This document shows, one piece after another, positions 24,057 to 35,742 of a stretch of 64,000 nt of DNA. The notes below the pieces were generated by a model. The model saw only the letters and a list, made by a program, of their open reading frames with translations, made no database searches and had not been told where the DNA came from. Made by a program: the position numbers and the translations under genes. The DNA comes from Selaginella moellendorffii (taxonomy: Eukaryota > Plantae > Lycopodiophyta), in NCBI RefSeq assembly GCF_000143415.4, contig NW_003314305.1:1522834-1586833 (forward strand), given 5' to 3'. Numbering within the stretch: position 1 is the stretch's first letter; each line of letters starts with the position of its first letter.

Positions 24057-27000
24057 TCATTGCTTCCGCCGGTAGACTCCCTCTCTAAATTCCAGCTTTT
24101 CGTCGGCGATCAAACTTCCAAGGAATCCCTGTAGCTGCTGGAGTGTCTTGTCGTAGGGAGGATCCGAGACAAACATCTGCTCGACATCATATATCAAACA
24201 CTTTAATCTATGACATAGAACTTGAGGAGGAGGAGTACCTTCAGCATATTGTGGATCCGATCCAGCGGGAGAGATTCCAAGTTTGTAAGCATTCCAACGA
24301 TGTAAGACTGGATCAAAAATGTTAGACACCGATTATATGGATGAAGAGAACAAGCTCTACAAACCTCGTAGACGTTCATCTCTTGCTGCCATTGATCTTC
24401 CATGGGTGTTACGGCACTCTGCCCGTCCTCCTCCTCGAGCAGCGGTACAGCCGCTTCTGTTGGAGCAGACGCCCCTCTCTGGCCGCCATCGCCAATAGTC
24501 TCCACTACCTGATAGAAAACCTCACCATCTTTGTCTCCGTGCGATTCTACAAGAACACCCTGTGTCCCAGCTTAACAAAAGTTACTATTTTGATGGAAGA
24601 GTAAGCTCACCTGATTGATCCACAATACAATCCGCCGTCTAAGCGTTGTGACGGGGATTCCAGACGCTGCAGCTAGCTCCGAGGCTGACCATCTGCGAAC
24701 CATGCATCAGAAGCATTGAAGAAATGGCTAAGACGCACCTGGAGCAGCTCTCAAACTTCAAAATAATAGACGCTTGCATTGGTGAAACCACAAACTGAGC
24801 CGAACGGTCCTCAAATTGGAGCTCCAGCTGCATTTGTTATCCTTCAGTATTTGCAGAAGGAAAGCGGAAATACTTTTCTCACCTTGACAGTGCCTAAATG
24901 TTTCTTCCACTGCAGCTTCCGAGGAGCTTTTACAGTGTGGTATTGCTGAGCATAGTCGTCTAGCAGCTTATCAACGAAGTCGGGAACTTGGAGAGTCTCC
25001 GTCTGTTACGATCCATGCAAAACATATCAGTACCAGATGAGAGTGAGAGCAAACGCTTACTTGGAAAGGAGGCCAGAACAGCGAGGAAATAACAGTGGCA
25101 TCAACGTTGTGCAAAGTTAACTCCTCGCCTTTCTGAAACGTTTCCTGCGGTTTTCCTTTTGCTTTTATGTTCGAGTTTATGCGCTTAGAGTCCGCCAGAT
25201 CCTTCAACATGATCTCGCAGCTGTGCATGTTGTTCTCTCCGAATCTCAGCTGTGGCACATATGTCAGACAGGTACAAAGGATAGCGCAAGAAATACTACC
25301 TTCAAAAGCTCGAGCGTTCGAATTTCCCTGTCAGTGTCGTAATCTGACTTGTTCAACAGTTTCTCCGCCAACATCACCCTGTATTCGTTGACAAAAAGCT
25401 CCTTCGAGCCATATATTCCCACCAACATACTGATAATATCCATCGATCTTCGACTCTTGCTAGTTCGTGATAAGTCGGCTTCCACAGGATCCGGCTCCCA
25501 CCTATAACATGACAGTTTTTAGATGCGTCGGTATGGTATGATGTGTAGTTTAGTTACCTTTGTGCAGCAGCCCAAGCCTCTTCACCATCGAGTTCTCCCT
25601 CTTCATCGCTGTCCGCATTTTCTACAGTCGTAGTTCCCCGACTGAGTTCCTCAAGGAGGCCTTCTCCGCCACCTGCGACGGTCGTGCCACTTGTTGTTGC
25701 TGTGTCGTCGGTCAGCATAGTGACTATACAGCGAATTGTATCTTTCCTTCCCCGTAAGTACTCTCTGATAGGTTCGCCGACGGCCTCGAGAATTACTCCA
25801 GTCGGATCCATGGTTCTAAGCGCTTTGATAGTCGAGACATACTGTGTCAATATGTCCGTGGTGGCCGCTCCAGCCGTAAGAAGTCGTTGTTTCAATGCCA
25901 AACGAAAGGACTTTACGAGCTTGGAGTGTTCCCCGGTATTTGCAAGGCACTGCCGCAAGTCTTCAATAGCTGGAAGGCTGAGATGGACTCAAAACATTAG
26001 ACAAAATAGCGTGTGACTTGCCTGTCAGGGTAGTCCACAATAACGTCAAAAAGTTCGCTGATTCGCAAATCACCTAGTGTTTCGTATGTAAAGAACTGAA
26101 GCCTTAGTCGCCATCTTATAATTCGCTCTTTGGAAAGATCTGAGAGTGTGGAGGACGAAGCCAGCGGCGAAGGAGTAGCGGGCAAAGGCGACAAGCTTGA
26201 ACTCCCCGCGGAAGATTCCAGAATGGCACTTAAGAACCGCATAGGCACAGCCTACGCAAGTAAAAGTTTCAGAAAAAGAAAAACCAAAATGTAATTTTTT
26301 ATATGCTACCTCAATCCAATGACGAATAGGTCCCAGGACAGGCTTCTCATAGCGCTTATCAGCTATGGAGTAGATTTTTTTCTGCAACCAAAGCAGGAGT
26401 TGAGTTCTCTAAATCGAGCTGCAAGAACTTACCTTTAACAGAGACAAAATCGCTGATGCATAAGCTTCCTCACATAAAGCAGCAAAACCAAGGTCTCTGA
26501 GACGCTTCACAACGTTTCTGACTGAAACCGAGTCCTCACTGACTTCTGTAGCTTCGGCTTCACCTTTGCAGGGACTTTCCACCCCAAGCACGTCCATATC
26601 TTCGACATCCGTAGAGGCCTCACAATCTTCGTCGTCAGAGTTGCAAGGCCGCTTCCGAAAGGATCCACTAAACTCTTCCAAGCGAGCGGTGAAATAAAGC
26701 TTTAGCAAATCTGCAACAAGAGAAAAGCAAAACTTTTTCTCAGTCCAAATGACAATGCTTAACAAACCTGAGAAGTACGAAGGTGAAGTCGTGAGAAGCA
26801 ACGCAGTGACCGTTGTCTGGTGCGACGTAAGAATTTGAGAGCCATTTACGCTCGCGTTGGTTTCCAAAGCTTTGATCAACGCATTCAGACCATCCTCTTG
26901 AGAAACTTTCTTCGAGCATAGTTTCTCGAGTGCCACAGGTAGTGAAGAATGTATCCACTCGTTCAGCTGCAACGCAAAGAGGAAAGAAAAACAAAAAGAA

Positions 27001-27387
27001 ATTTTCAAGCGTCAGCAATCCACGAACCACGAACCTGTTTGGTATCAGAATTTTCCTTGACGCTCAAAAAATCGGTGAAATGTGACCAAAACTCTGGAAT
27101 GTAATTCTCTTTGAGTGATCTCTAGAGAAGCAAAACCTGAGGCAAGCTCACAAAATGCCGCTAGAAATTCCATCAAGTACCTCAAGCTCGTCCATGAAGT
27201 GCTGCATTACGACCTCACCGAGGCCACGCTCACACAGGAATCGAAGACTCCTCGAGACATCCTGCCCCTTGAAACCCGCCGATCCCTTACGCCGCCCCGG
27301 CCGCTGCTGCTGGATTGGAGAATCGAGAGCCGACGCGCAGTAGATCTTCCATGCCTGCGCGATCTCGCGAAGCTGGGCCATTCTCAC
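24057..27387 (-). CDS. APC2: Anaphase-promoting complex subunit 2 (cullin homology), multi-exon
   Basis: LRISELFDVIVDYP; RLLTAGAATTDILTQY; IREYLRGRKDTIRCIV; GIYGSKELFVNEYR; RFGENNMHSCEIMLKD; SLFWP; IVGMLTNLESLPLDRIHNMLK. Confidence 0.95.
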
Positions 27388-27732
27388 TAAACCCTAGGTT
27401 AAAATGCCATCTAAACCCTAAAAAATTGTTATTAGGGTTTTAGTATAACAAATTAGTGACTAAGATGGAATATTTTACACAAGTTGTACTAGACACCTTA
27501 GCACGCCACCTTTGAGACCCGTCAGATTTGTATGCAGTGCGGCTGTGGGAGAATTATTGGATGCATTCTTCAAGGCGCTAAGATTTAAGGTGTGGAACTC
27601 TACGTGAAGAAGCGAAGGATATGGGTAAGAGCTGTGCTTTGAGGGCTACCTGTTCGTCCGAAAGCCACCAGCGAGGATCGTCTGTTTGTGGAGCGTGCGT
27701 GATTTATTGGATGATCCGGCGGGCAAGCTCAA

Positions 27733-27916
27733 GGATGCACTGAGTTTCACGTACTGCTGCGACGATCTTGTGCTCAAGGAGATTGAGACTCTGGAATCGG
27801 TCAACGAGATAGAGGAGAGCGTGGAAGAGTTTGTTTTTCTCTTTGACGGGGCCGAGTAAGAAAGCCTTCTCATGGTCACCAAAAAGGTTGTCCGCAGGTC
27901 TGCGTTTATGGTGTTT
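27733..27916 (+). repeat. Dispersed repeat or paralogous gene fragment, also at 33372-33580
   Basis: Shared blocks GATGCACTGAGTTTCACGTACTGCTGCGAC, GTGGAAGAGTT.GTTTTTCTCTT and GGTCACCAAAAAGGTT. Confidence 0.7.
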
Positions 27917-28239
27917 TGTACAGGTCATGGACATGGACTACAAACTTCAAGCTATCCAACAACAATTTGACGTGAAGTTAGTGGAGGTTCTTAATATCTT
28001 GCACTAGGATCTTAAAGTGGATATTTATATACACCAAACAAGCCTTACTATTGCCGAATTACAGTGCAACTAAGAAAAGAGGTGACGAGTCTCTTTCAAG
28101 TTTATGAGCTCCACTTACCTGTGATATGTATGTCTGTGCAGTTGGATATTGCAAAACAAATGCGAGAGTTTATCGTGTTGATGGTACTGAATGTCTGAGA
28201 TCTTTGCTAAGCTTATCACCTGTGGACGAGCAAGCAACC

Positions 28240-29001
28240 GATCTATCCTACTGCAAATTCCAATGGCATCGGATCTAGCTGACGGAACTCATATCGGGTG
28301 AAGAAATCTCTAGGCAATTTCTACCTGTGTAAACAGGTGCTGTTAAGTCACAATACGCTCCGGACCCGTTTGATGCTGGAAGAATTTTGCGAGTGGATAT
28401 TACTCTACCAGATGGAGCGAAAGAATTTTTATTTACAACTGGCCCTGATGATCCAGGTTCATAGCTTATTCCCATTCAAGGATAACACATCTCTTTCTTT
28501 TCCAGCCCTTGGGTTAGCAAAGAAGGGCGGTACAGAGTTTAATGTTAGTGATGAGAAGATCGTTTTTTTATGAAGGAACGAAGCTTTTCGTTTTTTCAGG
28601 TAGTCATTGTACAGCAGAATGGCGAGTACGCGTATGAAGCTCCGTAAAGGACTGACAACGAAGATCAAAGAGAAATACGCTGCCGGCAAGCAGGTAAGCT
28701 TTTCGAACTCTTTGAGCGAAAACAAGGATATTGATCGAAAGCTCATTTTGCAGCTTTGTGGAGCAAGAGGTGGCGGACAGATCGCTCCTTTCGCCATGTT
28801 TTGGCTTGTGAAGCGAGGCCTGACTTACATGCTTGGATTTGAGTCCGAGCGCGAGCGAAACGCTGCGATCATGCTGGCACGAAGATTTGCGTTTGATTGC
28901 ACTGTAAGAATTCTCTTCCTGTTGGTTTGCTCCTAAAGTTTTCTTCTCATTCGCAGGTGATGCTAGCCGGCCCAGGCGATCGATCACCTATAGGCACATA
29001 A
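28240..29001 (+). pseudogene. SCAB (stomatal closure-related actin-binding) family, C-terminal Ig and PH domains only
   Basis: CKFQWHRI*..ELISG; YAPDPFDAGRILRVDI; RMKLRKG; FESERERNAAIMLARRFAFDC..MLAGPGDR. The N-terminus is absent and there is an in-frame stop. Confidence 0.7.
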
Positions 29002-29284
29002 ACGAAGTGAAAAGAGAGAGAGAGAGAAAAATTCTCGCTTGAGCTGTACAGGATCATCAGATAGAGATTATCTTCGTGGGATTCACGACACCCATCGCAA
29101 ACAGTATATATAGAATGATCGATCAAAGCTTGAATTTTCCTTGGATTGGTAGGAAGGACAGATGTATCTTTCTCCCATCGTAAATGAGATTCTCTCGAGA
29201 TTCCGGGTACGCTTTCATTCGAAAACGTGACCAACCGACTTCTCGTCCACTCAAGGTTGATTCTCTGCTTTGTTTTTTGTCCTA

Positions 29285-30090
29285 GCAAACGTGAAGATAG
29301 AGCCCGGAACCGAGACGACAGGCAGGCTAGAAGTCGATTACTCGGCTCCAAAGGCGGGGACTCGCAAAGACAACGAACTGGAGGTCACGACGGGCATCCC
29401 TCCGGAAGTCGAAAGCGACGATGAAATCGTTCGTTTCTCGGATGTTGAGACCATGGTAATCTAGAACACTCACAAATTCTTCGTTATCCTGTTCTGCAGA
29501 TACTAGACATAGGTGACAATGAACACTCCGCAATCCATGGCTTGTGTGTGTATTACATAGAATCAAAGCGTTTCTATGGACAACATCAAATGACCATTCT
29601 AAGGTTGGAGCAGAGTGTAAACGCCGTGATGCAACGGTACCTCACTCGTAAAGGCGCCATTGCCATGCTCTACGGATACCACTTGAAGTATCTCATGGTG
29701 GCCAACGAGGTTTGCAAGAATGGCTGCTTTTCAGCTTCACGCTTGGCTAACACTTTGCACCCAAGGTTTCGATCGGTAGACGGACGCAAGGAAACGTCAT
29801 TGATGTCGATCTCGCACAGGAGGGCCCGGCAAACAGAGTTTCCAGAAAGCAGGTTTGTAGTTTCCAAGTTTCTGTCGCAGCTCTCATGGCTTTTGCAGGC
29901 GAGCATCAAGATAGACGAAGATGGGATTTTCCATCTAAAAAACCTGGGAAAGGTTTTGTACGTAGTTTTCACTGACGCGCGATCCTGAGCTCTAGCTGCC
30001 TAATCGAGGTCCTGAAATTTACCATCTGCGTGGAATGTTTTTACCTTTGGTTTTTCACAGGTGGGGGTTTTCGAGATGAACGGCTAACTG
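29285..30090 (+). pseudogene. Microspherule protein 1 (MCRS1)-like FHA-domain fragment
   Basis: ESDDEIVRFSDVETM; LEQSVNAVMQRYL..KGAIAMLYGYHLKYLM; IGRRTQGNVIDVDLAQEGPANRVSRKQASIKIDEDGIFHLKNLGK. Appears partial. Confidence 0.65.
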
Positions 30091-30306
30091 CGAAGAAAGC
30101 TCGTAAGAAAAGTAAATTCGTTGGTAACTTGAAGTCCTAACTCATTACCTAAAGGTGTATTTTTTTCCACAAAAAAAATAAAATCGTGGAAAAAACTTTC
30201 AGTTTTACCTTTTTTCCTTGAAAAAGGTAAGAAATTTTTTCCTATTTTTCCTTTCGGCATTAGCATAAGTAGGGCTGTGAAGAGCGAAAGGATAGAAAGG
30301 TGTGTA

Positions 30307-31650
30307 ATGGAGTCCTTTGGCGCTTACACCGTAGGAGCCGAGCTAGAGCGCGAGGCGTATTGGCCGCAAGCCAAGCTCCGGATTTCCATCTCCGGCGCTG
30401 GAGGATTCATCGCCTCACACATAGCGCGGCGGCTCAAGGCGGAGGGACACTACGTGATCGCGTCCGACTGGAAGAAGAACGAGCACATGAGCGAGGACAT
30501 GTTTTGCCACGAATTCCATCTCGTGGATCTGCGCGTCATGGAGAATTGCCTGGCGGTGACAAGGGGCGTGGATCACGTCTTCGATCTCGCGGCCGACATG
30601 GGCGGAATGGGATTCATCCAGTCCAATCACTCTGTGATTCTCTTCAACAACACCATGATCAGTTTCAACATGCTCGAGGCCTCCCGGATCAACGGAGTCA
30701 AAAGGTAGCCTGTGATGTTTCTAAGTTGTTCTTCCCAAGGATTTGGAGCTCACTCTCTTTCTTGGCTTCCAGATTTTTTTATGCGTCCAGTGCATGCATT
30801 TACCCCGAGTTTAAGCAGCTGGAGACTAACGTGAGTTTGAAGGAGTCAGATGCATGGCCGGCAGAGGTATGAAAAAGAAAAAAAAAAAAAAAAAAGGTTC
30901 TTTTCTTTTGTGGGGAATCTAAAAACAAATTGCACTTTGCAGCCCCAAGATGCCTATGGACTGGAGAAGCTGTGCACTGAAGAGCTGTGCAAGCACTACA
31001 CCAAGGATTTTGGGATCGAGTGCCGCATTGGACGATTCCACAACATCTATGGACCCTTTGGGACCTGGAAAGGTGACTTCATAGATTGAGATCTTCTTCT
31101 TTCTTCTTTAGCTTGAGTGGGAGTAACTGAGATTGTTTCAATACCAGGTGGACGAGAGAAGGCTCCGGCTGCGTTTTGTCGAAAGGCCCTGACTTCCACC
31201 GATTCGTTTGAGATGTGGGGCGATGGAATGCAGACGCGATCGTTCACCTTCATCGACGAGTGCGTGGAGGGCGTCTTGCGACTCACAAAGTCCGATTTCC
31301 GGGAACCGCTCAACATTGGAAGCGACGAGATGGTGAGCATGAACGAGATGGCAGAGATCATACTAGGATTTGAGAACAAGCAAATCCCGATCCGTCATAT
31401 ACCTGGGCCGGAGGGAGTCCGCGGGAGAAACTCGGAGAACAGTTTGATCAAGGAGAAGCTCGGATGGGCTCCCTCGATGCGATTGAAAGATGGGCTGCGT
31501 ATCACTTACTTGTGGATTAAGGAGCAGCTTGACAAGGAGATTGGCGAGGGATCTCAAGACTTACTTACGGGTTACAGCTCCTCCAAGGTTGTGGGAACTC
31601 AAGCTCCAGTCCAACTTGGGTCTCTCAGGAAGGCCGATGGAAAGGAGTAA
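30307..31650 (+). CDS. GME: GDP-mannose 3,5-epimerase (4 exons)
   Basis: ISISGAGGFIASHIARRLK; AADMGGMGFIQSNHSVI; FFYASSACIYPEFKQL; PQDAYGLEK; GGREKAPAAFCRK; GTQAPVQLGSLRKADGKE*. Confidence 0.97.
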
Positions 31651-31742
31651 ATTCATAACATTTTTGGAGCTATGCTCCGAGTATCAAAAATTTCAATATA
31701 GTTTCGTTTTTTAAATTGGAAGAATATTCTTACCCTAAAGGT

Positions 31743-32690
31743 ATGTTTGAGGGAGAAGTAACTTGCGAGAGGTTGCGTCTCCAGGACGATCGATCGGGAC
31801 ATGGAGCTGTTGGCGTAAGTGAAATCTCTGCTTTTCTTGGCTTTGGCCCTCATTCCAGCTCTGGAGCTCTGTGTAGCATCCCGCGACATGATCGGGGATC
31901 AATCCGTGGCCGATTATCTCCGAGACGTGAGGAGCCGATTGAGCGAGCACCAAGCTTCGTCCGTGTATAACCTCAAGCAATGAAGCAAAAGTAAGCGATT
32001 GTTTTTCTTTCTTTCTTTCTTCCTGCCTTTATTCTTGTTTGATCTCAAAGGCTCTCTCGTTTGATCTTGTATAGTTGTCTTGGACGATTCAGAGAGCTGG
32101 AACCACGTTAGAATCGCTATGGAAGCTGGTAAAATCATCGAATTCCAAAGCGATAAATTGCCAGATTCTAGACTTTGTTCTAGAAGCAGACACGAAGATT
32201 CTTTCGAGTTCTAGATTGAGAACCTTTTTGTGCAGGAGGAGCTCAAGAACAAAACGAGAGTATTTGAAAGCCGAGGTAGCAAAACAAGAGAGTCGTTCAA
32301 GAAAAGAACCAATGCGAGGAGGAGCTTATTCGCAAAGTAAGATCCCCTGTAAACTTTGGCTTGTGTGTTTGACGAGCACATCTCTCCAGTTTGTGGCCTT
32401 GCTCAATTCACAAAAAGCCAAGCTTCGCGAGCTCCAATTGGCCGTTCCAACACCGTCTAGACGATCAAGTAGCAGAGACGATGACGAAGAAGAAGAGGCT
32501 ACCGACAGAGAAGACAGTGGTGACGAAGAGGATGATGATCAATCCTCCATTAGAATGGCGGCATCTCCCTCTCTCAACAAAGTATCTCCCCCAAACTCAA
32601 GCAACGAGAGATCGTTCCCGAGAGTCCCATTGCTCTGGAGAGTTCATCCACAGCAACGAGCTTGAAGCAAACTCCTCGAGACGATATTGA
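31743..32690 (+). CDS. XRCC4: DNA repair protein XRCC4 homolog (exon boundaries uncertain)
   Basis: TCERLRL; DQSVADYL; LSWTIQRAGTTLESLWK...ILDFVLEAD; FVALLNSQKAKLREL; acidic tail. Confidence 0.75.
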
Positions 32691-33371
32691 TGCTACGGAA
32701 TTATACCAGCATGAAAAAGGAAGCTTTTATAGTTCTAATACTATAAACTCTGTAAATATGTCTCAAATTTGTTATATATTAATTGATCGAACCCTTATAT
32801 ATCTTTCCTTTCCAATATGAAGTTGATCTGGTTATCAATGTGGCATTGAGTTCAAGAGTTTCGCATAAGAAACCTTTGAAAGTTGGCGGCCTGGCTTTGA
32901 ATCTTGCTCATTGCGGCTGCCCTGGTGGGTTCCCTGAACAATCTGTGGCTGCTATGTTGCATTTGTGTGCACATTGTCTTATTGGCTACAAAAGATGGCG
33001 TCTTAATATGTTTCCATGATACAACCCTTGATAACACTACAGATGCTGAAAATCATATGGAGTTTGCAGATAAAAAATCCACTTACGAATTTGAATAACT
33101 GGACACTTTGTCGGTAAGTCAACACCTTTGACTTTGGTTTACTACATGTGTTTTTATATTTCCCTTGGGACACTCGACTTTACATTGAAGGAGCTTAAAA
33201 CACTTCGACCCAAGTAGAGGTACCAGGATTATAATGGTAGTAGTGTCAGAATTATATTATATGTTTGTCATGATATAACCAGATAATCACATTTGAAGAA
33301 TTTTTATCCATTGCACTAAACGCCCCGCAGACTGTTGGCATCTATCCTGAATCAATCGCTAGGACTTTATC

Positions 33372-34445
33372 GATGCACTGAGTTTCACGTACTGCTGCGA
33401 CCCTCTCCTGCTTCCTCTTTTGCAGAAGACACGCAGATTCCAGAGTTTCAATCCCCTTGACACAAGATCGTGGAAGAGTTTTGTTTTTCTCTTCAAATGA
33501 TGGGAGCGAGTGGGAAAGCCTGGTCACCAAAAAGGTTTCGCCTTTGATCAGCGAAGCGCAGGTCTGTGTTTATGGTGTTTCAGAACTTACTCGCAAACGA
33601 CATTATGAGGCGTAATCCCAGATTGCAGCCAAGCCTGGATTACGATACTGGTTCTCACCGCCTCTCGCTGTCCATCTTCGACAGATGCTGCAGACATTAT
33701 GAAGAAGAACAACGTGAACAATCTGAAGAATACTCGGAGGAGCCAAGATGGAGCTTCAAAGTTACTGATGATGATACGGTTTATCTAGGAGAAGACGAAG
33801 ACTGTGAAGATGTGTTGAAGATTTTTGTAGCTGCCGCAGAGGTCAAGAACATCAAGCCACTTATTGTGGACAACCTAACCAAGATCGACTTTACGTCACC
33901 ATGTCATGCATGGTCAAGCGGAGTACGTGACCGAGTACATCGGCAGGCTTTACATTGAGGCGGTCAGGGATGCGGAGAAAATAACGGTTTACAAGTGTGG
34001 TAGTGCATGGGAGTCTTACTGCCGATACTTACTGGGGATTCAAGTTTGTGTCAACTGGAGGACCTGGTTGCAGAAATCATCAACATGAAGGGGCATGTCA
34101 CAAAAGCCCGCATAGATACGTTCGGCCCTCAATCAGATTGATCAATGAAGTAGTAAACAGTGGTGCGATCTTGTTTATCCCGCAAGTGTACTAGTATAGC
34201 ATGGTGGAGGGGTGATCTGGATGACATGCATCCCATATGCTGAAATGTATGAGTGCAGTTCAAGCGATTTCATGAACTTGGTGTTTGTGAAGGAATGGAT
34301 TCCCGAGCCCGAACTCATGCATTGGAAGCTACACTCTGTTGCAAAGACTCACCTCCATTGGACGTGCCCGAGAACTTCCTACCGAAGAATTTCGTTCAAG
34401 ACAAATATTAACAGTTTAAACCAACAAAAGGGTTTAAGATTATAA
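33372..34445 (+). pseudogene. Fragmented gene of unknown function; 5' part repeated at 27733-27916
   Basis: Successive short coding-like ORFs in shifting frames; no recognisable domain. Confidence 0.35.
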
Positions 34446-34758
34446 TGTTTATAAACACCATAAAATCCTAGGTTATAAGATTTAATCTCAACCATCAAAA
34501 GGTACTAATACAATGGTGTTTAAATTTTTCTCAAAAAATACTTTTTTAATTATACTTTTTTTTGTTTGTCTCCGCGTCGTCTTTCTTGAGCGTCAAAAAC
34601 ACGTTTACCCCTAGCGAGGAGACGAAAGGATCTGTGAACATAGCTTGTATTGTATTAAACCAAAATAAATTTGACTTTTTGGTTTGCTTCCTAGAATACT
34701 TGAGGATATTCCTCAATCCAACGGTCCTAATTTGTTTGCATTGTTATGCTAGGGCAAG

Positions 34759-35723
34759 ATGGAACGAGCTGTGAAAGTGTACACGGTCTGCGATGAATCC
34801 AGGTGAGTGAAATAGCCATCTTGTGAGGCTCTTGTTTGGATGAATTTTTGAGACACCAGATACATGCTTGTCAAGAACGTCCCGGCGCTGGGTTGTTCCA
34901 GCGAGCTTCTACAATTGCTTGGAAGTTTTGGCCACATTGAAGAGTAGAGTCTCTCGTTCTTTCTTTTTTCCTCGAAACCTTACGCGCCGTCCAGGTACTT
35001 GCTCCTGGATGACGAAGAATGCGAGCCTTACACCGACGTATACTGGATCAAGTTCGCTGATATCGCCCACGCACGGTAGCCTCGCTCTTTCCATTTCTCC
35101 ATTCCTTCCCTTGCGAGTAACATCCTCAAACGCAGAGCTGCGAAGAGAAACCTGGATGATTTCCAGTTCTTTGGCAACCTGTTGCAAGTGAGCTACGCCC
35201 CAAAGTACGAGAGCTTGGCGGACACCAAGCACAAACTAGAAGCGCGCAGACTGGACGTCGTGGAGAGAAAAGCTGGTAAAGAAAGAAGAAAGAGATGAGT
35301 TTCGAAGAGAATGGAACATTCTTGACTCACCGCCTCCCAGTTCTCAAGGACGTGGATGTGAATAAACGATTGCGCCTCCAAACAGGACTGCTCGATCCTC
35401 TCGACGTTACACCGCTAGAAAGTTTCCAACCGGAGCCACACTTTCCTCTCTCAGTGGCCTGTGAAGCACCAATCCCAAAGGTAAGACAAGAGTTTCAAGC
35501 AACAATCGAAAACTTGTTGGTACCTTCGCTATCAGCACTTCTCCGAGCCATCGATGAATGCTACTGCGAAGAACGTCCGCGAGAAGCTGGATAAGGTGAG
35601 AAGTTCGTCTCAAATCACTCTGAGCGATTGCTATTGCCTGCCTTGCAGCTTTCCCAAGCTCCAGCCAAAGGCCATGAAGATCTCGTCAAGCCAGCCCCGA
35701 AGAAACCACGACGACGGATATGA
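34759..35723 (+). CDS. RBM48: RNA-binding protein 48 (minor-spliceosome factor), multi-exon
   Basis: AVKVYTVCDESRYMLVKNVPALG; EPYTDVYWIKF; AAKRNLDDFQFFGNLLQVSYAPKYES; ends PRRRI* (TGA 35721-35723). Confidence 0.88.
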
Positions 35724-35742
35724 AAACTGCGTGTCACCATAG

